NCBI GenBank assembly: GCA_965645245.1
Contig: OZ287072.1
Span: 1,612,001 to 1,676,000 of the forward strand
Length of the DNA stretch: 64,000 nucleotides
Direction: 5' to 3'
Source of the DNA: Massalongia carnosa
Taxonomy: Eukaryota
Shown here: positions 27,219 to 36,511 of the stretch, piece by piece
How the letters are laid out: each line of letters starts with the position of its first letter
Position numbering within the stretch: the stretch's first letter is position 1
The notes under the pieces: model-generated
What the model saw: the letters and a program-made list of their open reading frames with translations, nothing else
The model's database searches: none
Told to the model about the DNA's origin: nothing
Translations under genes and position numbers: made by a program

Positions 27219-28873
27219 ATGGTCAATTCATATTCAGCTATCGAGGATCGAATTGACAGTGCAATTGACGCGTTACACGATGGTTTGTATACTAATTGTC
27301 GAGCTGCAGCTATAGCTTTTGACGTTGCCCCTCGTACGGTTCAAAAACGATGGAATGGAGGCAACTCCAAAAGCAGTCGACCTAGTACCAACAAAGCTCT
27401 GACGGATGAGCAAGAACAAGCTGTTCGTGACTACATCGAGCGATTGGACAAGGCCAACATGTGTGCGCGACCCAAATTGATCGTGGGGGCTGCAAATTAT
27501 TTGATTCGTTTTGAGAATCGTACTCTTGGTCATCAGTGGCTGAAGCGATTTCTTGATCGAAATCCCGAGCTTCATGTACGAAAACAGAAGCCTCTCGCAG
27601 TCGATCGAAAAAATAGTCACGACGTTAACGATATGGTTGAATATTTCAGCAACTTAGAAAGGGTGATGAGGGAAAAGAGAATAACGGAGCTGGATGTATG
27701 GAATATGGACGAAACAGGCTTTCGAACTGGATGCGGACGAGCTCAAATAGTAATCACCTTGGACCCACGAAAGCCTCTTCGTATGACTGATCCGGATAAT
27801 CGTGACTACATTACTTCTGTAGAGTGTATCAGCTCGGCCGGTGACGTTATTCCACCATTACTTATTCTTTCGGGTATTCATATTCTTCATAAATGGTGTC
27901 AACACAACGATCTCGACGGAGAGACGTTGATTGGGACCAGCGAGACCGGCTATTCAAATGACGATTTAAGCCATCGATTGGCTTCGTCATTTCATCGAGC
28001 ATACACGGACTAAAAGACGTGGAGCTTGGCTACTTCTAGTCATCGACGGGTTGGGTCTCATTCAACCATTCCGTTTTTGAAGCTGGCCACTGAAAATCAG
28101 ATCGTTCTATTTCGTCTTCCAGCACATTCTACTCATTTGACTCCGCCGTTAGATGTAGGTGTTTTTCAGCCGTACAAACACTATCATGCTGAGGCCATTG
28201 ATCATGCGATACGAATGGGAGACACGGAATTTGGAAAATTGGAATTTTTAGCCGCATTCCAGGAATTTCGCAACAAGACATTCAAATCATCTACTACTCG
28301 TCATGCATTCAGGACCACCGGCATTGTCCCATTCAATCCGAACATGGTACTCGACGTCATTCGTCAGAAGCAAGCTGCAGCCTTGGAAATTATGAATGAA
28401 CCCCGCACCCCGAGCCCCCCCACCTCTTCAATTTCATGAGCGCACCCCTCGAGGCCCCGAATCAATCAGAAAATTCGGTCACAGATTGCAAAGGGCATTG
28501 ACCGCGGCCGGGCCGATCGGTGGATGGATGAATAAAAAAACAGTGGACGGTTTTCAGAAATTTATTAGGGCCTCCATCACCTCCGCCAATACCCTAGATT
28601 TGACTACGCGGGACCTTCAGCAAGTGCAAAAAGCCACCACATCGCGTAAAAGTCGGGCCGCTCTCGGGGGTCAGGCAGCTGCAAAGGGTGGAGTCATAAA
28701 AGTCAGTCAATGTAGAGAATTATGTTCAACTCGTCAAAAAAAAAGAAGAAGAAAAGGCTAGACGAAAGGAACAAAGGGAGGCTAATAAGGGGGAAAAGGC
28801 CTCATCAACCCAGTTAGACAACGTCCTATTTTTACTAGGGCAGGGCCTGTTAGTAGAACAGACTGAGCCGTAG
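27219..28873 (+). pseudogene. E1 DDE_1 (pogo/Fot1) transposase with several small indels
   Basis: HTH N-terminus, WNMDETGF, HSTHLTPPLDVGVFQPYK; frame breaks near 27968, 28050, 28420 and 28740 relative to intact E2. Confidence 0.85.
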
Positions 28874-28992
28874 ATTTTAAACCTGAAATGAAGCTATTTG
28901 GACGTCTTTTCATGAAGGTCTGATTTTTTTAATGTTGAGGTGTTGAAAAATGCGTCTTTGAGCCGGTAGCGTCTTTGAGCCGGTAAGCACTA

Positions 28993-30975
28993 ATCGTGCT
29001 AGACCACTTTCGGAATGCAGAGAGCACCCCTTAGTGCTTACCGGCTCAAAGACGCTACCGGCTCAAAGACGCATTTTTCAACACCTCAACATTAAAAAAA
29101 TCAGACCTTCATGAAAAGACGTCCAAATAGCTTCATTTCGGGTTTAAAATCTACTGCTCAGTCTGTTCTACTAACAGGCCCTGCCCTAGTAAAAATCGGA
29201 CGTTGTCTAACTGGGTTGATGAGGCCTTTTTCCCCTTATTAGCCTCCCTTTGTTCCTTTCGTCTAGCCTTTTCTTCCTCTTTTTTTTGACGAATTGAACA
29301 TAATTCTCTACATTGACTGACTTTTATGACTCCACCCTTTGCAGCTACCTGACCCCCGAGAGCGGCCCGACTTTTACGCGATGTGGTGGCTTTTTGCACT
29401 TGCTGAAGGTCCCGCGTAGTCAAATCTAGGGTGTTGGCGGAGGTGATGGAGGCCCTAATAAATTTCTGAAAACCGTCCACTGTTTTTTTATCCATCCATC
29501 CACCGATCGGCCCGGCCGCGGTCAATGCCCTTTGCAATTTGTGACCGAATTTTCTGATTGATTCGGGGCCTCGAGGGGTGCGCTCATGAAATTGAAGAGG
29601 TAGGGGGCTCGGGGTGCGGGGTTCATTCCTAATTTCCAAGGCTGCAGCTTGCTTCTGACGAATGACGTCGAGTACCATGTTCGGATTGAATGGGACGATG
29701 CCGGTGGTCCTGAATGCATGACGAATAGTAGATGATTTGAATGTCTTGTTGCGAAATTCCTGGAATGCGGCTAAAAATTCCAATTTTCCAAATTCCGTGT
29801 CTCCCATTCGTATCGCATGATCAATGGCCTCAGCATGATAGTGTTTGTACGGCTGAAAAACACCTACATCTAACGGCTGAGTCAAATGAGTAGAATGTGC
29901 TGGAAGACGAAATAGAACGATCTGATTTTCAGTGGCCAGCTTCAAAAACGGAATGGTTGAATGAGACCCAAACCCGTCGATGACTAGAAGTAGCCAAGCT
30001 CCACGTCTTTTAGTCCGTGTATGCTCGATGAAATGACGAAGCCAATCCATGGCTAAATCGTCATTTGAATAGCCGGTCTCGCTGGTCCCAATCAACGTCT
30101 CTCCGTCGAGATCGTTGTGTTGACACCATTTATGAAGAATATGAATACCCGAAAGAATAAGTAATGGTGGAATAACGTCACCGGCCGAGCTGATACACTC
30201 TACAGAAGTAATGTAGTCACGATTATCCGGATCAGTCATACGAAGAGGCTTTCGTGGGTCCAAGGTGATTACTATTTGAGCTCGTCCGCATCCAATTCGA
30301 AAGCCTGTTTCGTCCATATTCCATACATCCAGCTCCGTTATTCCCTTTTCCCTCATCACCCTTTCTAATTTGCTGAAATATTCAACCATATCGTTAACGT
30401 CGTGACTATTTTTTCGATCGACTGCGAGAGGCTTCTGTTTTCGTACATGAAGCTCGGGATTTCGATCAAGAAATCGCTTCAGCCACTGATGACCAAGAGT
30501 ACGATTCTCAAAACGAATCAGATAATTTGCAGCCCCCACGATCAATTTGGGTCGCGCACACATGTTGGCCTTGTCCAATCGCTCGATGTAGTCACGAACA
30601 GCTTGTTCTTGCTCATCCGTCAGAGCTTTGTTGGTACTAGGTCGACTGCTTTTGGAGTTGCCTCCATTCCATCGTTTTTGAACCGTACGAGGGGCAACGT
30701 CAAAAGCTATAGCTGCAGCTCGACAATTAGTATACAAACCATCATGTAACGCGTCAATTGCACTGTCAATTCGATCCTCGATAGCTGAATATGAATTGAC
30801 CATTATGTTGTTGATTGTTGACGTGTCGAAGTTGAGGTGTAAAATGTTGAAAATGCGTCTTTGAGCCGGTAGCGTCTTTGAGCCGGTAAGCACTAAGGGG
30901 TGCTCTCTGCATTCCGAAAGTGGTCTAGCACGATTAAGGGGTGCTCTCTGCATTCCGAAAGTGGTCTAGCACGAT
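28993..30975 (-). mobile_element. Fot1/pogo-like DNA transposon copy E2, intact, inverted relative to E1, with one extra 41-bp terminal module
   Basis: TA 28991-92; ~90-bp TIRs at 28993-~29082 and ~30846-30934, each with 2x TACCGGCTCAAAGACGC; extra module 30937-30975; TA 30976-77. Assigning the extra module to E2 rather than E1 is inferred. Confidence 0.88.
29151..30803 (-). CDS. Intact 550-aa pogo/Fot1 transposase (HTH/CENP-B + DDE_1)
   Basis: Uninterrupted ORF from ATG 30803; catalytic motifs NMDETG, LVIDGFGSH, QPLDVGVF; basic NLS-like C-terminus. Confidence 0.93.
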   Translation of the reverse strand: MVNSYSAIEDRIDSAIDALHDGLYTNCRAAAIAFDVAPRTVQKRWNGGNSKSSRPSTNKALTDEQEQAVRDYIERLDKANMCARPKLIVGAANYLIRFENRTLGHQWLKRFLDRNPELHVRKQKPLAVDRKNSHDVNDMVEYFSKLERVMREKGITELDVWNMDETGFRIGCGRAQIVITLDPRKPLRMTDPDNRDYITSVECISSAGDVIPPLLILSGIHILHKWCQHNDLDGETLIGTSETGYSNDDLAMDWLRHFIEHTRTKRRGAWLLLVIDGFGSHSTIPFLKLATENQIVLFRLPAHSTHLTQPLDVGVFQPYKHYHAEAIDHAIRMGDTEFGKLEFLAAFQEFRNKTFKSSTIRHAFRTTGIVPFNPNMVLDVIRQKQAAALEIRNEPRTPSPLPLQFHERTPRGPESIRKFGHKLQRALTAAGPIGGWMDKKTVDGFQKFIRASITSANTLDLTTRDLQQVQKATTSRKSRAALGGQVAAKGGVIKVSQCRELCSIRQKKEEEKARRKEQREANKGKKASSTQLDNVRFLLGQGLLVEQTEQ

Positions 30976-31018
30976 TAAGGGGTGCTCTCTGCATTCCGAA
31001 AGTGGTCTAGCACGATTA
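30894..31018. repeat. Three perfect tandem copies of a 41-bp unit TA+AGGGGTGCTCTCTGCATTCCGAAAGTGGTCTAGCACGAT
   Basis: Units at 30896-30934, 30937-30975 and 30978-31016, each flanked by TA; reverse complement at 28993-29031 and, with a deletion, at 27097-27126. Confidence 0.95.
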
Positions 31019-33742
31019 TCCCCCACACTTTCGCTTGGTCGGCCTCGCTTAGTGCTAGCCAGCCATACAACCAGGACCAGCCATACGGAGTACAACCAAA
31101 ACCTTCAAATTTTTACCCACCACCTTTGAAATTCATAATCCACCACCATCATGCCTGAACCTTATACTATAATTGAGAATCGTATTTCAAAGGCAATTGA
31201 CGCCTTGAACTCGCGCAAGAACGCCAAATTAAGTGCAATTGCGCGAGAATTTAACGTGCCTAGAGAAATACTTCGTTCTCGAGTCAAAGGAGTTCCATTC
31301 AAAACGAAAGTACTAGGACTGCATAATCAACGTCTGAAATTCGATCAGGACCTGGCCCTACGTCTATATCTTCTGAAACTGGATTCTTTTGGCATATCGG
31401 CCCGCTTGCACATGATGAAAAGTGCTGCAAACTCAATCCTTCGACAAACTACTCCCGATTCAGTGTCTCCTCTCGGCTTGCATTGAACCAAAAGATGGTT
31501 GAAACGTCATCCGGATCTTCACAAGATTAAACGCAAACCTCTAACTGCTAATCGCAAAAATGCGCATGATTTGGAGTTGTTTAAGGCACATTTAAAATAT
31601 CAAGAAGTGATGAACAAATATGGCATAATCTCGAACGATTAGTGGAATTTTGATGAAATGGGTTATCGTATCGGCATGGCATGAAATGATTGAATAATTA
31701 CTGCTGATAATTCTCGAAGATCATACAGTGCTGATCCATCGAATCGAGAATCGCTGACTGCGGTGAAGTATATCAATGGGGCCGGGCAGGATATTCCCCC
31801 TTTTCTATGTGTGACTGGCGTTAACATACTCGCTTCCTGGGTAAAAAATGACCTGAATGATGATGTTGTCATCTCTACGTCTGACTTGGGTTGTATCAAT
31901 GATTGGTTGAGCTTGCAATGAATAAAAAACTTTGATAAAAACACTGAAAAAATCCGGAAAGAGGCTTGAAGACTTTTGATCATGAACGATTTTGGATCGC
32001 ATCATACTCGTGAATTTATAGAATATTGTGAAATCAAAAACATTGTTCCATTCGGATTACCTTCTCATGCCACACATCTCTTGCAGCCATTGAATGTGTG
32101 TGTGTTTCAGTTTCTGAAACACTAACACTCCGAGGCCGTCAATGAGGCAATTCAGAACGGAGACGAAACGTTCTCCAAAGTCGAATTTTTTGCTGCATTT
32201 AACTCGTTTCGATCACGAGCATTTAAATCATCAACAATAAAGTCCGCTTGAAAACAAACGGGCTTGATTCCATATAATCCGGAAATTGTTCTCGATAAAG
32301 TTCGAGAACTTCTTCCTTGTCCTCGTGAATCAACTCCAACTCCAACTCCGTCTCATATAGCACCTCAATCAGTACAAAAAAATCCTCGAATAGTGCGACA
32401 GTTGGCCGAGGTAGCCACAGAAATCATGATGCATCCGGCTTGTTCTGGTGATCTTGTACAAATGGTCAGCAAATTTGTGAAAGGAGCTGTGGCCGAAGTA
32501 CGAAAAGGCGATCTTCTCGAACAACGCTGGGAACAGCAAACCGCGGCCCAGACTGCTCGAAAAGCTCGTAAACGAGAGTCCAATAAGATTCTCCATCGCG
32601 GAGGTGTACTTACTGTTGGAGAGGCCCGTTCAATGGTTCGAGACAGGGAGGAGGTAGAGGAGGAGAGAGAGAAAGAACGAGGGGTCGCATGGGAAAAGCG
32701 CTATTGTACAGTCCCGTGTCAAAAGTTTCCGACTCTACCCGCGATTTTCGTGATTTCGCGTTTCAACCCCTTCAACCCATCATCTTTGACCTCATCATTT
32801 CACCATGCCACGCACTCCGTTGGCTTCAATTTCTGGTAATAAGCCTCGTAATACCGAATTGAATCACTTTTAAAGAGGTATGATTATTGGAGCCCAGGCG
32901 TTGGGGCATGCACCGGCCGAAATTGCAAAGACATTAAATGTGCCTCGAACCACCGTACTCCGCGAATTCATATTTGGAATTATTGAACGATAATCTGCTT
33001 GAAATTTGGGAACCGGGCTTCATTTTCATACAGGATAATGCACCGATTCATACTGCCAAAAAGGTGAAGAAATGGTTCGATGAAAACGGTATAACAATCA
33101 TCGATTGGCCTCCTTATTCTCCTGATTTGAACCCCATCGAGCACGTTTGGTATGTGCTCAAACAGCTCTTTTATCAAGTCAATCCGGACATCGATTCGGT
33201 GACTGGTAGTGATGATAAGGTCCGCGAGGTACTTTGGAAAGCGTTGGAAGAAGCATAGGCCTTGATAGATGACTAAATGTTGAGAAGTTTAATAGAGAGC
33301 ATGGAAAGGAGGATTGAAGCTTGCATCCAATCGAAAGGATGGTGGTATACGAAATATTAAAAATATATTTCTCAGCCCAAATTCCTTGCTAGAATGTATG
33401 TAATCATCGTACCAAGTTTCAAGGCATAAAATAAAAACTTGGTGGTTGATAATTCAAAGCAGTGGGGGGGGTAAAAAGTTAATGGGGAGCTGTCGGAAAC
33501 TTTTGACCTAGTACTGTACGGCTCTCACCAAGGTGGCTAGACAGTCAAAAGCACATAGAAAGATACTCATGACTAGGCGAATGAATAGTCACAAAAGATG
33601 GATGGTGATCATGAAGGAATTGTTGAAAAAAAACCCCGATGTATGTAGAATAGTTGATTTTTGGTTGTATGGCTGGTCCTGGTTGTATGGCTGGCTAGCA
33701 CTAGTTAAGCGAGGCCGACCGAGCGAAAGTGTGGGGCACGGA
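31019..33742 (+). mobile_element. Degenerate Fot1/pogo element E3 (different subfamily) carrying a nested Tc1-like element
   Basis: ~80-bp TIRs (CCCCACACTTTCGCT.GGTCGGCCTCGCTTA..GTGCTAGCCAGCCATACAACCAGGACCAGCCATAC) at 31019-~31101 and ~33659-33742; TA on both sides; transposase remnant from ATG 31151 (WNFDEMGYRIG, HLLQPLNVCVFQ) with many in-frame stops. Confidence 0.88.
32709..33516 (+). mobile_element. Internally deleted Tc1/impala-like (DDE_3) element, 808 bp, nested in E3
   Basis: TA|CAGTCCCGTGTCAAAAGTTTCCGAC ... GTCGGAAACTTTTGACCTAGTACTG|TA; N-terminal HTH from ATG 32805 fused to FIQDNAPIH...WPPYSPDLNPIEHVW; removing it restores the E3 frame (KRYCT-ALTKVARQ). Confidence 0.9.
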
Positions 33743-34031
33743 TACAGTTCCTCCATCAACTTGACGGCAGTAATCCTTTGCCGCCATCTCATAAATACGT
33801 ACGCTACATGCATGGTTAATCCTCCACTTGGGCTTCTCTATCAAACCGGCAATGTTCCCTGATATGTACAATCTAATCGACGCTCATGAATACTTTCAGT
33901 TGCTCTCTTCTCAAACCAGAGCTCAGACTCAGATGAAATCAGTATTTTATGCTTTTCCCCGTTCGATGTCTTCTTAAGCTGTATGATCTAGTCTGAATAT
34001 CACCGATGCCCTTCTACCCAAAATCTCTAAA

Positions 34032-36219
34032 TTACGAGGCAGATCCAATACTCCTACAAGCCGCCAATGCGCGCTCGCATCTTGAAACTAAATCCGATGC
34101 TTCTTCAAGACCAACACTAATTCGGACCAGGTCGGCCTCGATTCCGAATTGCTCAACCTGTTTGGTATGAAAAAATTTCCCATATATGGACAGCAGACTC
34201 GACTTACCCAGCCAAGTTCTCCATAGTGTGCTAACATGATATACGGGCAGCTAGCGGGAGTTATTGCAAGTTCATACTCTATTCAAATAACGAAACTACC
34301 TTATTGTGAAATTTGTGCCGAGGCTAGGTCCTTTAGCCATTTCAAGAGCGTCAAAAAATGTTACAGCTTCTATCGTAGTATTGAAAGTCACAGAGAGAAG
34401 ACCTCCATAGCCTCCATTCGGGGTGCGAAACTCGTCGTAGAATGGACGAGATGGATTGAACTTAGGGTAATAAACATTCTTCACTTTCTTCCTGGTTAAT
34501 TCCGGTATCTCTTATACGCTTTCACAAAACTTACCAGTCGAAGATGCTCGGAGGGTATGACAGATTGCCTCGGCATTTCTGTTGATCCTTTCGATTCGCG
34601 AGACAAAATCCCGACTATTTCTTTCCAAAAATATAGCATCTTCAGCCCAGAAATTATCCTCGTATTCTTCAACCATGCTTTTCCTTATCTCTTGATAATA
34701 GGGGCCTCTCGGATTGAGTACGGCGCTAAGAATTATTTAAGTATGACAATAATCAATGGGATAATAACTTACCTGCCGCCCATCACGTTACTATCTCCGC
34801 TGAATACTTTGGTGAGGCTACTAACCACTACATCGGCATAAGGGAGTACATGGACGTTCAGAAAATTTCCAATGGTTTCGTCTACCACAACGGCGAAATC
34901 GTAACGATCCGCAAGGGATCTTACCCGGCGCAGGTCCGGTGATTTCAGGAGAGGGTTCCCAGGAAATTCGCAAAAGAGAGCAAGAAACCTCTCACCCATA
35001 TTACAGCGCTGCTCCAAATCATCAAGGTCTGTCGATGATCCATGACCGTAAAACAAGCACCCAGGGCCCCATTTCTCTAAAATCTTGAGAGTGTCAATAT
35101 AGGGAAAGCTGTTACTAATCAGCCACCGTGGCGACCCATGAGCGAAATGTACGACTAACCCGAAGCAGATACTCTTTAGCTCCTCTCTTGAGCCCAGCAA
35201 TATTCTGTGGGTATTGAATATGGCGCTCATGCCGGTGGGATAAAGATAAACGTCGTCCTCCGAGAAGCCTTGAACCTGTCTCAGGGGTGGTCCTGTTTTT
35301 GCCATGTTCAAAGCTTCGTGCAGCTCTACATCTTCCTTTAAAGCACCGGCAATACGCCTTCGTATGGCCAGTTTGGCATTGGCAGCCAAAGATATGTCTA
35401 GATTCCTTCCAAACCTTTCTTCCACAAATTGCACGTATTCCTTACCTTCTGCACTTGGCGTCCCTTGAGGAGTCGAATGATCGTTCTGGCGTGATTGGGT
35501 GCTTGGACGGAAGCTATACGAGGATTGGCCTCTTTGATATCTCCGAGGACCCTTGCCTAGAACAAAAAGGCTCGCTGGACTATCTCCCATGCTTTCATCA
35601 ACTGTCGCGTATAAAAATCCCTCGTCAAACACTTTGTGACAGAAATCCGCACGTCGACTTGAAATGCCATCACCAGTGTGTTGCCAAAATGTTTTCGCCA
35701 CTTTATGGTAGATTTGAGGGAAAATAACAGCAGATACAACGGGCCTTATTTTTGCCTCCCTGTCTATTTCTTTCCCAGCTAGCGCGGTCAAACATGGAGA
35801 GAAGTCGACAACCCGCACAGTTTTCCCCACGATAAGAGAAGGAATTTGACTTATGAAAAACTTGACGCATCTGGTAGCAACAGAGTTAGAAGGAAAAAGA
35901 AACGCTTGTTCCGCAGCAGAGCCATGCTTCTCAACAATAGCGTCTGCAAAAGCCGTGATAGAGTTGTGTACGAAGAACCTATTATGAACATTGAGCGCCA
36001 AACATTTCATTTGGAGGCCGACCAAGGTACCTGGGGTAACCTGTTTTGAGCTTCCCCAAAACCCATTCCTCACCCTCTTCATAACCAATCACGGCTTTCC
36101 AGGTAGGCAGAGACACGCTCACGGCCTGTTCTTAAAGGTCAGTCTGAATTTTTGCAGGACATTTTCAGCCTTACGTGAGGAGTGTCAGGTATAGGTTGGC
36201 CTAGATCGTAAGAATGCAT
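34032..36219 (-). CDS. STR2: Cystathionine gamma-synthase (Str2/Met7-type, PLP-dependent)
   Basis: PDTPH-AVSVSLPTW, TGYPRFF, YLYPTGMSAIF, CEFPGNPLL, VVDETIGNF, SLTKVFSGDSNVMGG, KGPSLGTNFT, LVRISVGLE. Confidence 0.9.
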
Positions 36220-36511
36220 GATCTGCGTGACAGAAGTCCCATGTCTTCCCGCGTTGGGGGCTAGAAACCTATCCAACATCGCACAGCATTGGGTTACTTT
36301 TATTCTGTAAGAAACGTGTATCTAGAGAATGTCTAGGACGAGGTCTGAAGAACTTTCTCCATTTAGTGCCGGTGTCGGAGAAAACGGGCAATCCACTCGG
36401 TAAATCCAGGGGAACCTACTGAGCTTTCAGTGCGGTGCTTAGAATGGCTAAGGGTCAATACTCTGTAATCGTCGGCCTCGCTTAGCTGCCTCCATACGAG
36501 GTGTACGAGTA

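Larger units (their letters stand above)
27097..31016 (+). mobile_element. Fot1/pogo-like DNA transposon copy E1 (frameshifted); its right TIR is split by insertion of E2
   Basis: TA at 27095-96; left TIR ATCGTGCTAGACCACTTT(9-bp deletion)GAGAGCACCCCT-CA-GTGCTTACCGGCTCAAAGACGC...; body ends at 28990; last 39 bp of the right TIR displaced to 30978-31016, then TA. Confidence 0.85.

Noticed and set aside
27097..30934. Palindrome as a fold-back read or assembly artefact
   Set aside because: Arms differ by many substitutions and all junctions obey TA-duplication logic; long-read confirmation is still advisable.
30804..30953. 50-aa N-terminal extension of the 600-aa transposase ORF
   Set aside because: It reads through the TIR from an ATG inside the repeated module; the real start is most likely ATG 30803, matching E1 ATG 27219.
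30894..31018. 41-bp repeats as a CRISPR array or telomere-like repeat
   Set aside because: No spacers, eukaryotic context, and the unit is the outer part of the transposon TIR.
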